Virus record (IMG/VR): IMGVR_UViG_3300036975_000060
Length of the DNA stretch: 58,742 bases
DNA from: a virus
Direction: 5' to 3' (one strand)
Below are positions 34,144 through 44,300 of this stretch, piece by piece. Within the stretch, counting starts at the first letter, position 1. The number at the start of each line of letters is the position of its first letter. A model generated the notes under the pieces. The model saw only the letters and a list, made by a program, of their open reading frames with translations, made no database searches and had not been told where the DNA came from. Position numbers and translations under genes: made by a program.

Positions 34144-34512
34144 TTATTTGTCTTCCTCTTGCTCTTTGTCCTTTTTCTTTTTATCAGTATCCAGTTTAGT
34201 TAATACCTGCTCTAAAAGATGAATTGTTTTGTTTTGAGCTGTTAATATATTCTTTGTTCTCTCGTCAAGAACACCAATATCTTTAACATTTTGATTAACT
34301 TGTTCTTTAACTTTTGGGAAATCTTTGGCTTGAACTCGAATATCAGAAAACCAAATAATTGTCCCAATAATTGATAAGAGTACCAGGCCTGCGATAGTCG
34401 CTAATGCCGTCCATGACACTTTACTCTTAATCCCGTACTTACCCCAAACAGCTTCTTTAATTTCTTTCATGTCTGCACATTCCTCTCCGTTGTCTATGGT
34501 ACATCTTGCCAT
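34144..34512 (-). CDS. Type II membrane protein with coiled-coil ectodomain (i-spanin or holin-like candidate)
   Basis: TM helix WTALATIAGLVLLSIIGTIIWF, followed by a helical region and a Lys/Glu/Asp tail. Confidence 0.5.
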   Translation of the reverse strand: MARCTIDNGEECADMKEIKEAVWGKYGIKSKVSWTALATIAGLVLLSIIGTIIWFSDIRVQAKDFPKVKEQVNQNVKDIGVLDERTKNILTAQNKTIHLLEQVLTKLDTDKKKKDKEQEEDK

Positions 34513-34532
34513 ATCCTATCCTGAATTAAAAA

Positions 34533-36266
34533 TTATTGAGTTGTCCAGCTTCCTGCCTGATTTGCTGTTGTACTGCCCGATTGGTTAAAAGTTGTTGACC
34601 CTGTTCCGGTTGTTACACCTGAGTTATTAGTTATTTCTTGATCTGCAAAAGTTTCTAAAGCATTGGGTGTCTCTGCCATATCAGTTACGTCGCCTGTCTC
34701 AGAATCGTAGTCCAGAGTTATTGCCCCTTCTGTACCGGAATTATAAACAGTTCTGTTTGTAGAAAATCTTATGGTACTTGTTTCATCTCCTGAGCTATAA
34801 GTAAGAGTGATTGCAGGGTCTTCATCTTCAACGCTAAATCCTGCAAAACTGTTGCTTGATGTTACTGCTTCTGAAAAAACAATATCCAAATAACTTCCTG
34901 TTGCATCTACTGTTGCACTTGATACTGTTGGGGCGGTTGTGTCTATAGCATCGACCCCAACCTGGGAAACATCGGCTCCAGCCAACGCCCCGCTTCGACC
35001 TGACGTATTACTCACTTCAAAATCAGCAATTGTATTTAAATTTCCTGACCCATTTGCAAAACTTGGATCAGCCACTACAGACCCCTCACCGGGATTGCCA
35101 CTACCGATTAATTCACCCGATGATTGCCATGCCGACAAATTGGCATACTGTGCATCAGTACCATAAACCCTCAAAGAAAAATCTGGATTATTTTGCCAGA
35201 TATTATGATCAACAGTTCCCAATGTAGTATTATCATACACCGTCTGGAAGCTAGGGCTGTTGCCTGTAACAATAATATTATTATATATATCGGCTGATTG
35301 GACACTTCTTAAATTTATAATCGTAGCGTTTAACATATAAAAAGTATTTGAATATATTTGCAAGTTATCAGCGTAGTCTCCACCACCATCAGAATAATAC
35401 CACACACCATCTGTTGCTGTGGATGAAACAACCAGATTATTATAAAAAGAATTACCATCACAATCAAAACCATCTAAGTAACCCTCAAAATACGGAGCAC
35501 CCCCTCCGCTAAAAAAATTATTGTATATGCTTGTGTTATTATTGTATGATTTAGATGATATGGGGTGTTCTTCACAATTTTCAAAATTATTTCCGCTTAT
35601 ATCAGCAGCCTCTATATGATACAATTTCAAACAGGCATAATTATCATGCCCTCCTGTTCCCCCTGGGAAGGGACCAACTGTATTACTTTGAAATTTGCAA
35701 TAATCACAATCCTCCATACGATTAAGATCATAGTTATCATCATACGGTATTGTAGTGCTTCCACCTTCAATAGTACAATTTTTAACAATTATACCTGTCG
35801 CATGTGCAAGATCACTATCTGACCCCAACCAGAAACCCGCATTTTCATCGGCCTCAGTAGTTGTAATTGTTATACCGTCAAATGTAATATAATCCTGGCT
35901 TCCACTTCCTAATATCCATCCTGTCCAAGCATCATTACCCCAATTAACCTGAAATGTAGGTGTTTCACCCGAATAATTTTGAAATATTATTGGATGACCA
36001 TCAGTGCCTGAATTAGTCGGTTCATAAACAGCGTGGTAAGGTTCTGCTGGATTACCTGTATAGCTATAAGTCCCACCCCTGAGATATACGATATCGTCAG
36101 CTTCAGCGTTCGCCATAGCTGTAGATATAGAACATGGGGTGCTAATATTTGTACTATTGGCCCATGTATCGGTTCCATCTGAGGCAACATAGTGAGTTGC
36201 TCCATAGACCACTTGGGCAAAGATAAGTATTATGGAAAATACTATTATTTTTATTATGGTATGCAT
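34533..36266 (-). CDS. Beta-helix (pectate-lyase fold) tailspike/depolymerase-like protein with a signal-peptide-like N-terminus
   Basis: MHTIIKIIVFSIILIFAQVVYG|ATHYVASDGTDTW... has the typical start of the pectate-lyase fold. Many N-x-x Asn/Gly-rich coils follow. C-terminal region is Thr/Ser-rich. Confidence 0.65.
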   Translation of the reverse strand: MHTIIKIIVFSIILIFAQVVYGATHYVASDGTDTWANSTNISTPCSISTAMANAEADDIVYLRGGTYSYTGNPAEPYHAVYEPTNSGTDGHPIIFQNYSGETPTFQVNWGNDAWTGWILGSGSQDYITFDGITITTTEADENAGFWLGSDSDLAHATGIIVKNCTIEGGSTTIPYDDNYDLNRMEDCDYCKFQSNTVGPFPGGTGGHDNYACLKLYHIEAADISGNNFENCEEHPISSKSYNNNTSIYNNFFSGGGAPYFEGYLDGFDCDGNSFYNNLVVSSTATDGVWYYSDGGGDYADNLQIYSNTFYMLNATIINLRSVQSADIYNNIIVTGNSPSFQTVYDNTTLGTVDHNIWQNNPDFSLRVYGTDAQYANLSAWQSSGELIGSGNPGEGSVVADPSFANGSGNLNTIADFEVSNTSGRSGALAGADVSQVGVDAIDTTAPTVSSATVDATGSYLDIVFSEAVTSSNSFAGFSVEDEDPAITLTYSSGDETSTIRFSTNRTVYNSGTEGAITLDYDSETGDVTDMAETPNALETFADQEITNNSGVTTGTGSTTFNQSGSTTANQAGSWTTQ

Positions 36267-37009
36267 AGATCATCTACCCATATTGTACCTGCACTACCCG
36301 TACCTGCGTTAAATTCAAGATAAACCCTGTCAGGAGATAAGCCAGAAGATTGCATAGTTAAATTGCTCGCTGCGGGACTGTCATTTATTTCTATATCGAA
36401 TGTATCAGCAGTTAAATCACTTATAATAGTTATTTTAGTCCATGTATCCGCTGATATATCAATAGTCGTATCAGTCCATGAAGAACCATTATGATAGAAT
36501 AAACTTCCATCCACAGTGCTTACATATATTGTTGCTGTAATAGTGCTGTTCCAACTAAAATCCCCATCTGTTAAAGCTATGAACTCAATATAAGAATCGC
36601 TATTATCATTCCATCTAAAATAAAATGATAGATCATAAGTGCCATTTTGTTCTGCATAAGTCCTGTAAACTCTTAATTCCTGTGTCGCTGGTGATATTAG
36701 TAATCTTGCTGAGGCTGATCCGCCATTAGCTTGGGCAGTATCAACAACAAAATAGTTAGTTGAAACAGGAGCTTCGGTCCATGCAGCGGTTATAGCACTT
36801 AATTCAGTTTCGTCTATCTCTCCTTCAAAGTCAGCGGAAAATGTTCCACAACCCCCTCCCCCACTCACCGTCTGACCATCAACAGTATCAATGCCTGTCT
36901 GTCCGTCCCAAGTATCTATTCCTGTCTGGCCATCGAATGTATCTACATCAGCATAGAGTATAAATGGAAACAGTAATATTACCAGTAAAGCAAATAGTTT
37001 CTTTTTCAT
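36254..37009 (-). CDS. Lectin/LamG-like jelly-roll protein with a signal-peptide-like N-terminus
   Basis: Start at ATG 37009 (GGTGGAG RBS). MKKKLFALLVILLFPFILYA, then DGQTGIDT repeats, a GGGG linker and a beta-rich domain ending IWVDDLCIP. Confidence 0.5.
   Translation of the reverse strand: MKKKLFALLVILLFPFILYADVDTFDGQTGIDTWDGQTGIDTVDGQTVSGGGGCGTFSADFEGEIDETELSAITAAWTEAPVSTNYFVVDTAQANGGSASARLLISPATQELRVYRTYAEQNGTYDLSFYFRWNDNSDSYIEFIALTDGDFSWNSTITATIYVSTVDGSLFYHNGSSWTDTTIDISADTWTKITIISDLTADTFDIEINDSPAASNLTMQSSGLSPDRVYLEFNAGTGSAGTIWVDDLCIP
36872..36949. repeat. 27-nt tandem repeat (about 3 copies) encoding (T)GIDTxDGQ
   Basis: The units are ctgaccatcaacagtatcaatgcctgt / ctgtccgtcccaagtatctattcctgt / ctggccatcgaatgtatctacatc. 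Confidence 0.8.
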
Positions 37010-37013
37010 ATTA

Positions 37014-38993
37014 TTACTCCACCAGTAAGTAATGGTTGTCAAAATCGAAGTAAATCTCTGAATCAGATATAGCCCTGCCTATAACCTGAACACAATCATT
37101 AGATGTAGAGGGGGCAGTTTGAGTTATAGTTCCTGCTGTTTCTCCAAGATATACAGGGCCACCAACCGTAAGACCTGTCCAATCCTCATCTCTTACAACA
37201 CCTTTAACCAAAATAATAGCAGCGTCAGTGTCATCCCCTGCATTAACTGCAAGCCCAAAAGCCGGATACAAACCTGTACCCTGAGTGGCATTGGCATCGT
37301 CTACCTTCCCATCAGATTGTAAAAATACCGTACTGATTGCCGTAACGGTAGCCCCAAAATTTATACCGGTTATTACTTCTCCATTGTATTCACCATCATC
37401 CATGCTATCAGGAGCAGCATCAAAGCGAATAGAGTTGTTATCACTTAATGTCATATATCCTGAGTCGTTAAATGATAAAGTATCAATAGTAGGTAAACTT
37501 AAGTTTGCAGTTATTATAACATCAGGCAAAGCTGACCCTGTGTTATTTTGTATTACCAAAGCATTTGTAAGTCCACCTGAACCATATGCCTGAAAGATGT
37601 AGTTATGGTCGTCTGTTCCTAATGCTGGCCTAAATACAAATCCATTGGTTAAAAGCATAGAAGTAGTAAAAGTTGGAGAAGTTCCAAATACAGATACACC
37701 TGATCCTGTTTCATCCGACAGTGCGCCTGCCAGACCTGCTGAATTGGTTAATGTCGTCTGGAATGCTGAAGCTTCATTTCCATCCAACAAATCAGCATTA
37801 AGGTTACTTACAAGAGTTGTGGAAGATACGCCGAATGGGGCTGTCCCAGTAGCAATATCAGATATAAACCTTGTACCTTGTATATAATACGCTCCAACGT
37901 CCCAATTAGCAGTCAAGGGCACGGTTCCATCTGCAAGCAGATCTCCTCCGCCACCGGCTCCTCCATCGTCATCAACTTCTTTCCATGAATTTTCAGCTAT
38001 ACAAATATAAAGACTTCCGTTTGTGTCGGCATCAGTGTCAACATACATTTCACCCACTGTACAGGTCCCCGGTAAAGATGTACTTGAGTTTGTTTGAAGG
38101 GTGTCCCCTGCCGTATAATATCCCAACGCGGATTTAGCCGCTGCGGCATTGGCCCATGACCACATAGTTGACATATACGCACCCTCATCAGTAACCAAAG
38201 AAAACAAATTCGCACTGGAGGGGGTAGTTAAAAATGTCTGGACTCCTGAGGCTTCACCTGTTAATGCAGAAAAGAAGTTTGCAATTGTTGGTGTACCAAT
38301 CCACGTTCCTACATTTGCTCCGGGTGTAATTCCTGCCCATGTACCTAAAACAGCGCTATAAGCCTGATAGTCTGTCCCGGCTTCCATATTGTAAGCAGTC
38401 TTAAACTCTGCTTCATTATATCCTGCTGCACCGTTGGCTGTAAGATAAAGTATGTCTCCATTTGCTGCATCGGCATCATCAATTTCTAATAGGTTATCGT
38501 TAGCAATACCAACTGTCTGTAAAGGAAGATAAAGCAAATCAGCAGCGGTTTGATCAAGGTAAGCCGCCGCCGTGTTCTCTGCTTCTGTCCAAAGGTCAGT
38601 AGAGGTAGGCCAATATGATAAACTTATATCAGGTATATCCGCAGCAACCAAAGCCCTGAAAGCAGGCACAGCATCACCGCCGGCGTCGGGTCCGGCTAGA
38701 ATTGTATTTGCAGATTGAGTGTCAAATCCCAATTCCTGTGTTGACAAGGAAAGCAATTCGTCAGCATTGGCATCAAGAGTAACAGCATCATGTCCACCTG
38801 CAAGAGTCTCTATTTTATCCCTTACAGCGTTTTGTGATGGAGCTTTATCTGTTACGCCATCCCATGTTGTTGCATTATAGGCTGTATCATCGACCGATCC
38901 AGTTCCGCCACCTCCCCCTGACCATGTATTGTCCTGAGCTATAGCAAAAGGAGTTATTAAAAATACAATTAAATAAAAGATTAATTTTTTCAT
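37014..38993 (-). CDS. Tail fibre-like protein with a signal-peptide-like N-terminus
   Basis: MKKLIFYLIVFLITPFAIA|QD, with poly-Gly linkers. Thr/Ala/Gly-rich composition. Internal motif CTVGEMYVD...SLYICIAENSWKEV is followed by a GGAGGGG linker. Confidence 0.6.
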   Translation of the reverse strand: MKKLIFYLIVFLITPFAIAQDNTWSGGGGGTGSVDDTAYNATTWDGVTDKAPSQNAVRDKIETLAGGHDAVTLDANADELLSLSTQELGFDTQSANTILAGPDAGGDAVPAFRALVAADIPDISLSYWPTSTDLWTEAENTAAAYLDQTAADLLYLPLQTVGIANDNLLEIDDADAANGDILYLTANGAAGYNEAEFKTAYNMEAGTDYQAYSAVLGTWAGITPGANVGTWIGTPTIANFFSALTGEASGVQTFLTTPSSANLFSLVTDEGAYMSTMWSWANAAAAKSALGYYTAGDTLQTNSSTSLPGTCTVGEMYVDTDADTNGSLYICIAENSWKEVDDDGGAGGGGDLLADGTVPLTANWDVGAYYIQGTRFISDIATGTAPFGVSSTTLVSNLNADLLDGNEASAFQTTLTNSAGLAGALSDETGSGVSVFGTSPTFTTSMLLTNGFVFRPALGTDDHNYIFQAYGSGGLTNALVIQNNTGSALPDVIITANLSLPTIDTLSFNDSGYMTLSDNNSIRFDAAPDSMDDGEYNGEVITGINFGATVTAISTVFLQSDGKVDDANATQGTGLYPAFGLAVNAGDDTDAAIILVKGVVRDEDWTGLTVGGPVYLGETAGTITQTAPSTSNDCVQVIGRAISDSEIYFDFDNHYLLVE

Positions 38994-39004
38994 TTTCGAT
39001 CTCC

Positions 39005-39589
39005 CTATAAAATTACTTCAAAAAGCAATTCCAATCCCCATGTTCTGCCGTTTGTATTGGTGTAATTATAAATTATGCCATCTGTGGGGCCTAGAATATC
39101 AGAATACAATGTTCTATCTATGCCGCCGCTCGTTACTCCATTTAAGTTTACAGTACCCAATCCTGTATCATATTTGGAATCAGTGGCATGATCGATAGCC
39201 TGGGTCAAGTTTTCATCTGCACCAGTGTCGCTTAATTTAAGCCGTGTTTGAAGGGGCCTATATCCCCTTACAACTGTTTTAAGATTATTTGGAAAATCAA
39301 AATAAAGAGCATATGTTTCGGTTCCGGCAGGCGTTTCAGCTACATAAGTGGCGGTTATATTTACGGTGTTGGCATCAGCCACGCTTTCTATTTTATGCAC
39401 TCCGTTATAGTTTGTTGTCCCAGCTATTATGATATAAGATCCGGCAGTGAGCCCATGGCCCGTTATTACTATACCTACGGTTCCATCACCATTATCAACA
39501 ACAGCAGAGTTGGCTAAAACCCCGTTTAATGCCCCTGTTCCGTTGTATCGTACGGTTTCAACTACTTGATTGTTGGCTAATACCTTCAT
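39005..39589 (-). CDS. Structural (fibre-associated) protein
   Basis: 194-aa beta-rich ORF within the fibre cluster, with a GGAGG RBS. Confidence 0.45.
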   Translation of the reverse strand: MKVLANNQVVETVRYNGTGALNGVLANSAVVDNGDGTVGIVITGHGLTAGSYIIIAGTTNYNGVHKIESVADANTVNITATYVAETPAGTETYALYFDFPNNLKTVVRGYRPLQTRLKLSDTGADENLTQAIDHATDSKYDTGLGTVNLNGVTSGGIDRTLYSDILGPTDGIIYNYTNTNGRTWGLELLFEVIL

Positions 39590-39623
39590 TTTAAAATCCT
39601 CCTTAAAATATTATATGTAATTA

Positions 39624-40844
39624 TTACGGCCATGTTGATATCGCCGCCCTTTTCCATGTATCTGTAGCTATGCAAATATAAATATAACTAGAATCCCATT
39701 CGATATCACCTGTGATACACGTATCTGACGCAGACGAAGGTGTCCCGGTAGGAATATTAAGGCCGGTATTTGACGTTATTTTGCCACCGAAATAGTTAGG
39801 AGAACTACCCGCTTGATAAAAACCATAATCAAGGTAACTTCCATTTTCAGTAAGGTGAATGCCATAAGCTGTCCCCCCAGGATCGGCATCCATATTAGTC
39901 ACTACTGCTGCACCAAAGACATTCCCATCTACAGTAGCGCCTGATTCTAGTATTGCTGAGGAAATTGAACCAAATACATGACCAAAACCGTAAGTATCCT
40001 CGACATTCCCATCTGCGCGTATCGCTGCTCCAGATCTGCCACCAACTACATAATATAATACTGTTCCATCTACAAGATCTGCGGATGAATACAACCCATA
40101 AAGAACCCCTAATTCACCGGCAGACTGATTAAGACTAGCGGTAAAATGTCCTGCTCTAAGAAGATCATCGCTATCAGTAGCACCAGCGGTTTTTGTTATA
40201 CTAACGTCAATGCCCCTAAATGAATCAGCGGTATCAAGCGTTGTATCTGAAAGAGTTAATGAGTGGTGGGTTACATCATCAGAATCCCCAAGCCCAAGTG
40301 AAGTTCGTAGGGTCGCCCCGCTCTCTTCCTGATATGTTCCTACGCCGGTTCCTACAAGAACACCTCCATCAACGGTAAAGTCTGAGCTGTCTACGTCTCC
40401 GCCGCCACCTCCGCAGGCAGTAAAAATAAATTCACCGGGGTCATCGTCCCACATTAAACATTCATCTGCATCTGGATCAGCGGGAAACCCAGATATATCA
40501 AAAAGATCATCAGTGTCTTTGTCAAAATAATTTTGAGAAGAATGATCTCCCCATCCATAGGCTGTATTCCAGTTTGCAGGGTTTACAGCCTCACTATTTA
40601 TAGTTGAAAGGTTTGGCAATGCATCTATCGCTGATTCAATGGTGCTTTCGGTAATGGCGTCAATATTATCAACTCCATTGAGATTGCTATCGCCCTGCAT
40701 ATCTATTGTAATTACATCGACTGCTGTAGCGGTTCTTCCCTCTTCAACATAGTCACCATCGACAGCTTTTGCATAGAGAGGTATTAAAAGAGTGGAAAGG
40801 GCAAACCCCATAAAAAACCAGTATATTAATTTTAATCTTTTCAT
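39624..40844 (-). CDS. Tail fibre-like protein with a signal-peptide-like N-terminus
   Basis: MKRLKLIYWFFMGFALSTLLIPLYAKA|VDG. Its C-terminus CITGDIEWDSSYIYICIATDTWKRA shares a motif with the 659-aa fibre. Confidence 0.55.
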   Translation of the reverse strand: MKRLKLIYWFFMGFALSTLLIPLYAKAVDGDYVEEGRTATAVDVITIDMQGDSNLNGVDNIDAITESTIESAIDALPNLSTINSEAVNPANWNTAYGWGDHSSQNYFDKDTDDLFDISGFPADPDADECLMWDDDPGEFIFTACGGGGGDVDSSDFTVDGGVLVGTGVGTYQEESGATLRTSLGLGDSDDVTHHSLTLSDTTLDTADSFRGIDVSITKTAGATDSDDLLRAGHFTASLNQSAGELGVLYGLYSSADLVDGTVLYYVVGGRSGAAIRADGNVEDTYGFGHVFGSISSAILESGATVDGNVFGAAVVTNMDADPGGTAYGIHLTENGSYLDYGFYQAGSSPNYFGGKITSNTGLNIPTGTPSSASDTCITGDIEWDSSYIYICIATDTWKRAAISTWP

Positions 40845-40845
40845 G

Positions 40846-41376
40846 TTAACTGCCCGCGTTATATTTGGTTAATGGATACCAGACATTTTGAGAAACACAG
40901 AGGAAAAGTATTGAATCCCCTATATTATCCATTGAAAAATCGTTCCCCATAACAAGGCTTGCTCCATTTTTACAAACAACAGTCCTTGATCCACTTTCCG
41001 CATGTATCAAAAGAAGTTCTCCGGCGCTTCCCCCGTTGATCGTATCAAGATCGTCGCTGGCCGCGTCTCCCTCAGTATCAACAGTATGATGTCTGAAATA
41101 ATTCTGGCCTGTAACGGTTATTACTCCCCCTGATATGGTCTTTTCAGTTGCGGTGCCAAAGCCGACAGCAGAGGTTATGCCAGTTGATACAGCGGTAATA
41201 ATATCTACGTTTTCAGCAAGTAAAGTCAAAAGCTCCCGATATAAAATGGCCCTGTCCATGTATTCACTATTGGAATTCTTAATGCCTCTTATCCCTAGTA
41301 ATATTTCGAGTGTCTCTTTTACTGCCTCTTCAAAAGGAGTGCCAGGAGGAGGTATCGGCGGAAATATTGTTGCCAT
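40846..41376 (-). CDS. Structural protein
   Basis: 176-aa ORF whose start overlaps the giant gene's stop. Confidence 0.45.
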   Translation of the reverse strand: MATIFPPIPPPGTPFEEAVKETLEILLGIRGIKNSNSEYMDRAILYRELLTLLAENVDIITAVSTGITSAVGFGTATEKTISGGVITVTGQNYFRHHTVDTEGDAASDDLDTINGGSAGELLLIHAESGSRTVVCKNGASLVMGNDFSMDNIGDSILFLCVSQNVWYPLTKYNAGS

Positions 41377-44300
41377 TATTTGTTTTTCCTTAATTCTCTA
41401 TATTTTTTACGCATAACAGCATTGCTATCATAAGTTGCTGTATTTATTCCAACTATATCAAGGAAATCTCCGACTATTTCTTCAACTGGAACTTTTTCGA
41501 TATCTCCCTTTGATCTCTGATATGTTTCCACGAAATTTTGTACACCTATTGGTGTAGCCAAATTATAAGATGTGTTTCCGATAGTTGGCTTTTCATAATT
41601 AAAGTTTCTGCCTCTTGTTATATCTATCGCGGTCTTAGTAACAGGAGCGGATTTATTAACCATGAAATCGACAATTACATCAAACAGCGTTTTCGATCCA
41701 TATCGCCCTGAATTCAAGTCCGTAACTTTTTGTGTTTTTGTACTTTTTGTTTTAAAGGTAGCGGCCCTTGCCAAGAGGGTTATTATAGATCCCTTTCCAC
41801 CTGTCATGTCAAATCTTGTATTGCCTATCTTTACTTTCATAAAGTCTGAGCTTCTTGGGTCCCATTCAACAGTATCTTTGTTTCCAAATAATTCGCCTAA
41901 ACCATCAATAATGGCCGCTACAAGAGCTGTCAGACCAACTATTTTGACAAGATTTCTTCTTGCCTGCTGCCTGGCGAAAGGAGTCTTAAGCCCTGCTCCC
42001 CCGAAATGAGCGGTTAAAACGTTTATATTCCCCCAAAGCATTTTAGGCGCCCAGAATATAAGCCGCAATGGTCCTCCCGATCCCATTTTCCCCAAGTCGC
42101 CTCTTGCGGTAACAGAGTTAATAAGCTTTCCGGTTTCCTGTACCCACTCCTTTGAAGATGTATCCACGCCCTGCATATCTGCTATTTTCTTAAGCATATC
42201 ATAGGTGTTTATTCTCATCCTGACACCGGAATTTAGAAAAGCATTTTCAGACGCCTTAAATGCCCTTCCAAGATAAGGTATCCTTTCAGGTATAGAGGTG
42301 GGAAATTGTTCTTCGCTTTTCGGGATAAGTTTTGCTGTATCATAATCACCATTTATAAAATTGGGACGTGAATAAGCATCTGCCATAACCGCATCCCTGA
42401 CTATATTTCCGCCATGCTTACTTGCCAATGTTTTATAGATATCAACAAACGACTTCTTTGCAGCCGGACCCCATACAGTCGGATGCGTAAGAAGAGTATT
42501 TAGTCCCTGCCTGCCAAGAAAGCTATTATCTAATGAGGCCATCATTGAAATAGAAAGGTCAGATATGGTGCGTATAATATCCATTGTGGATTTTGTAAAG
42601 GCTTGAGCTTTGTTATCTTTCCATACTGTTTTCACTTCCTGCCATTCATCCTTGAGCATAGTTTTTATGGTTCTGTCAACGCCTTTCAAGTGATCTATAT
42701 ATCTCAAAAATGCTACTTTTGCTGCTCCGTATTTAAACCTGTCTCCCCCGGATTCCATTTCCTGCCTTGACCTTGCCATTTCCTGGGAAAGCTCAATCAG
42801 CCTATCAGCTTCTTCTCGGGTTACAACTCCGGCATTTTCAACGGCAGCATTGAAAGCTTGCTTTATGGTGTCTCGTTCGGCCTTCAGTTTTCTCCCTTCA
42901 GCATCAAGCATGGTTTCTTTGCGCGTATCTTTCTGCAGGTCCAAATTTTCCAGCTTGTCACCGAACTTCTTAATTTCATTATTTAGCCTGGTTTTAAGCC
43001 TCTGTAAAGCAACCTCTTCCGGTCTCTTTTTTGGCTTTGCAAGATCTCTTAATTCTTTGACCTTGGCTTTCAGTTCATCTCTCTGAGCCCTTAATCGGGT
43101 CAATTCTTCAGACTGAGTAGGTGTTCTTTTTGGCTTCGGAGTTAGATCATTCTCGTTTATCCTGCGGGTATACTCTTCAATGGATTTATTGACTGCATTA
43201 ACAGCAACCTTTATTCTCTGCTCTTCAGTCATTTCAGTTTTGCCGAACAGTTCATCGAATTGCTTTTTAAGATCATCCCTACGCTTCCTGAGCTTTTCGG
43301 CTTCGACATCGTATTTCAGACCGGTTTTCTTTTTAAGGATCTTCTGACCTGTTTCAATCTGATATTCAAGATCTTTTATCTGATTTTGGAGTCGGGTCTT
43401 TACGGAATCAAGAGCAGACTTGAGTTGCTTTTCAGGATCAACGGTTTCGATACCAAGTTCCTTTTTCATCTCTTCTACTTTTTTAATCAAACGGCGTTCT
43501 TCGTCCGTTGGAGTCCTGCGCTCTATACCGGTTTTTAAAGGAGCCATGCCTCTTTGCATGTCCTCAAGTTTTGCTACCTGTTGCATCTGACCTTTCAGGC
43601 CCCTCAGCTTTACAAGCACTTCGTCCTTACTTAACGGCTTGAACTTTCCATACCCTGATATGGCGTCCATGGTTTCCCGAAGCGTTATACCCTGAACAAT
43701 GTCTTTAATTACGTTGTGAACTTCTCTCACAAGAGCGTTTCTTTCGGTTACGCCCTGGGTAATGAAATACTTTGCAAGTTCTTGGATATCGGTTGATACA
43801 TCTGAATATTCTTTTCCTTGATCAATAGATGTCTGGATTTTCTCTTTCAGAACTTTGGAATTGGTCTTTTTATAAAGCCTCTTTGGTGACTTTTTTATTA
43901 ATTTATCAACCGATGTTCCTGCGTTCTCATTATCGGTTTTAGTTTCATACTCCTTAAGCTTTTTTTCAGCATCAGACAGCTTCTTTTTGAGCTCTCTTAC
44001 TTTCTCAATAGAGACTACCTTTTTGCCACGTTTTTTATTTTTCTCCTTGCGGTCCTTCTCTACGTCCTGCATGGCATTTACAGGATCTTCCATGATAGAA
44101 GAATCAGCAGCTTTTATCTCCTGACCATATTCGCTCAGTTGTGTAGGCACCCTTGATTCTGTGCCAAGATCATATAATAAATCGGAATCACCTTCGTTTA
44201 ATGCCCTGAGTTTTACGGCCTCATATACGGGGGCGACTCTTAAATTACCGGAAGGAGACTCTTCACCCATGGCAATACGTTTGGCCTTTTCGTAATCGGA

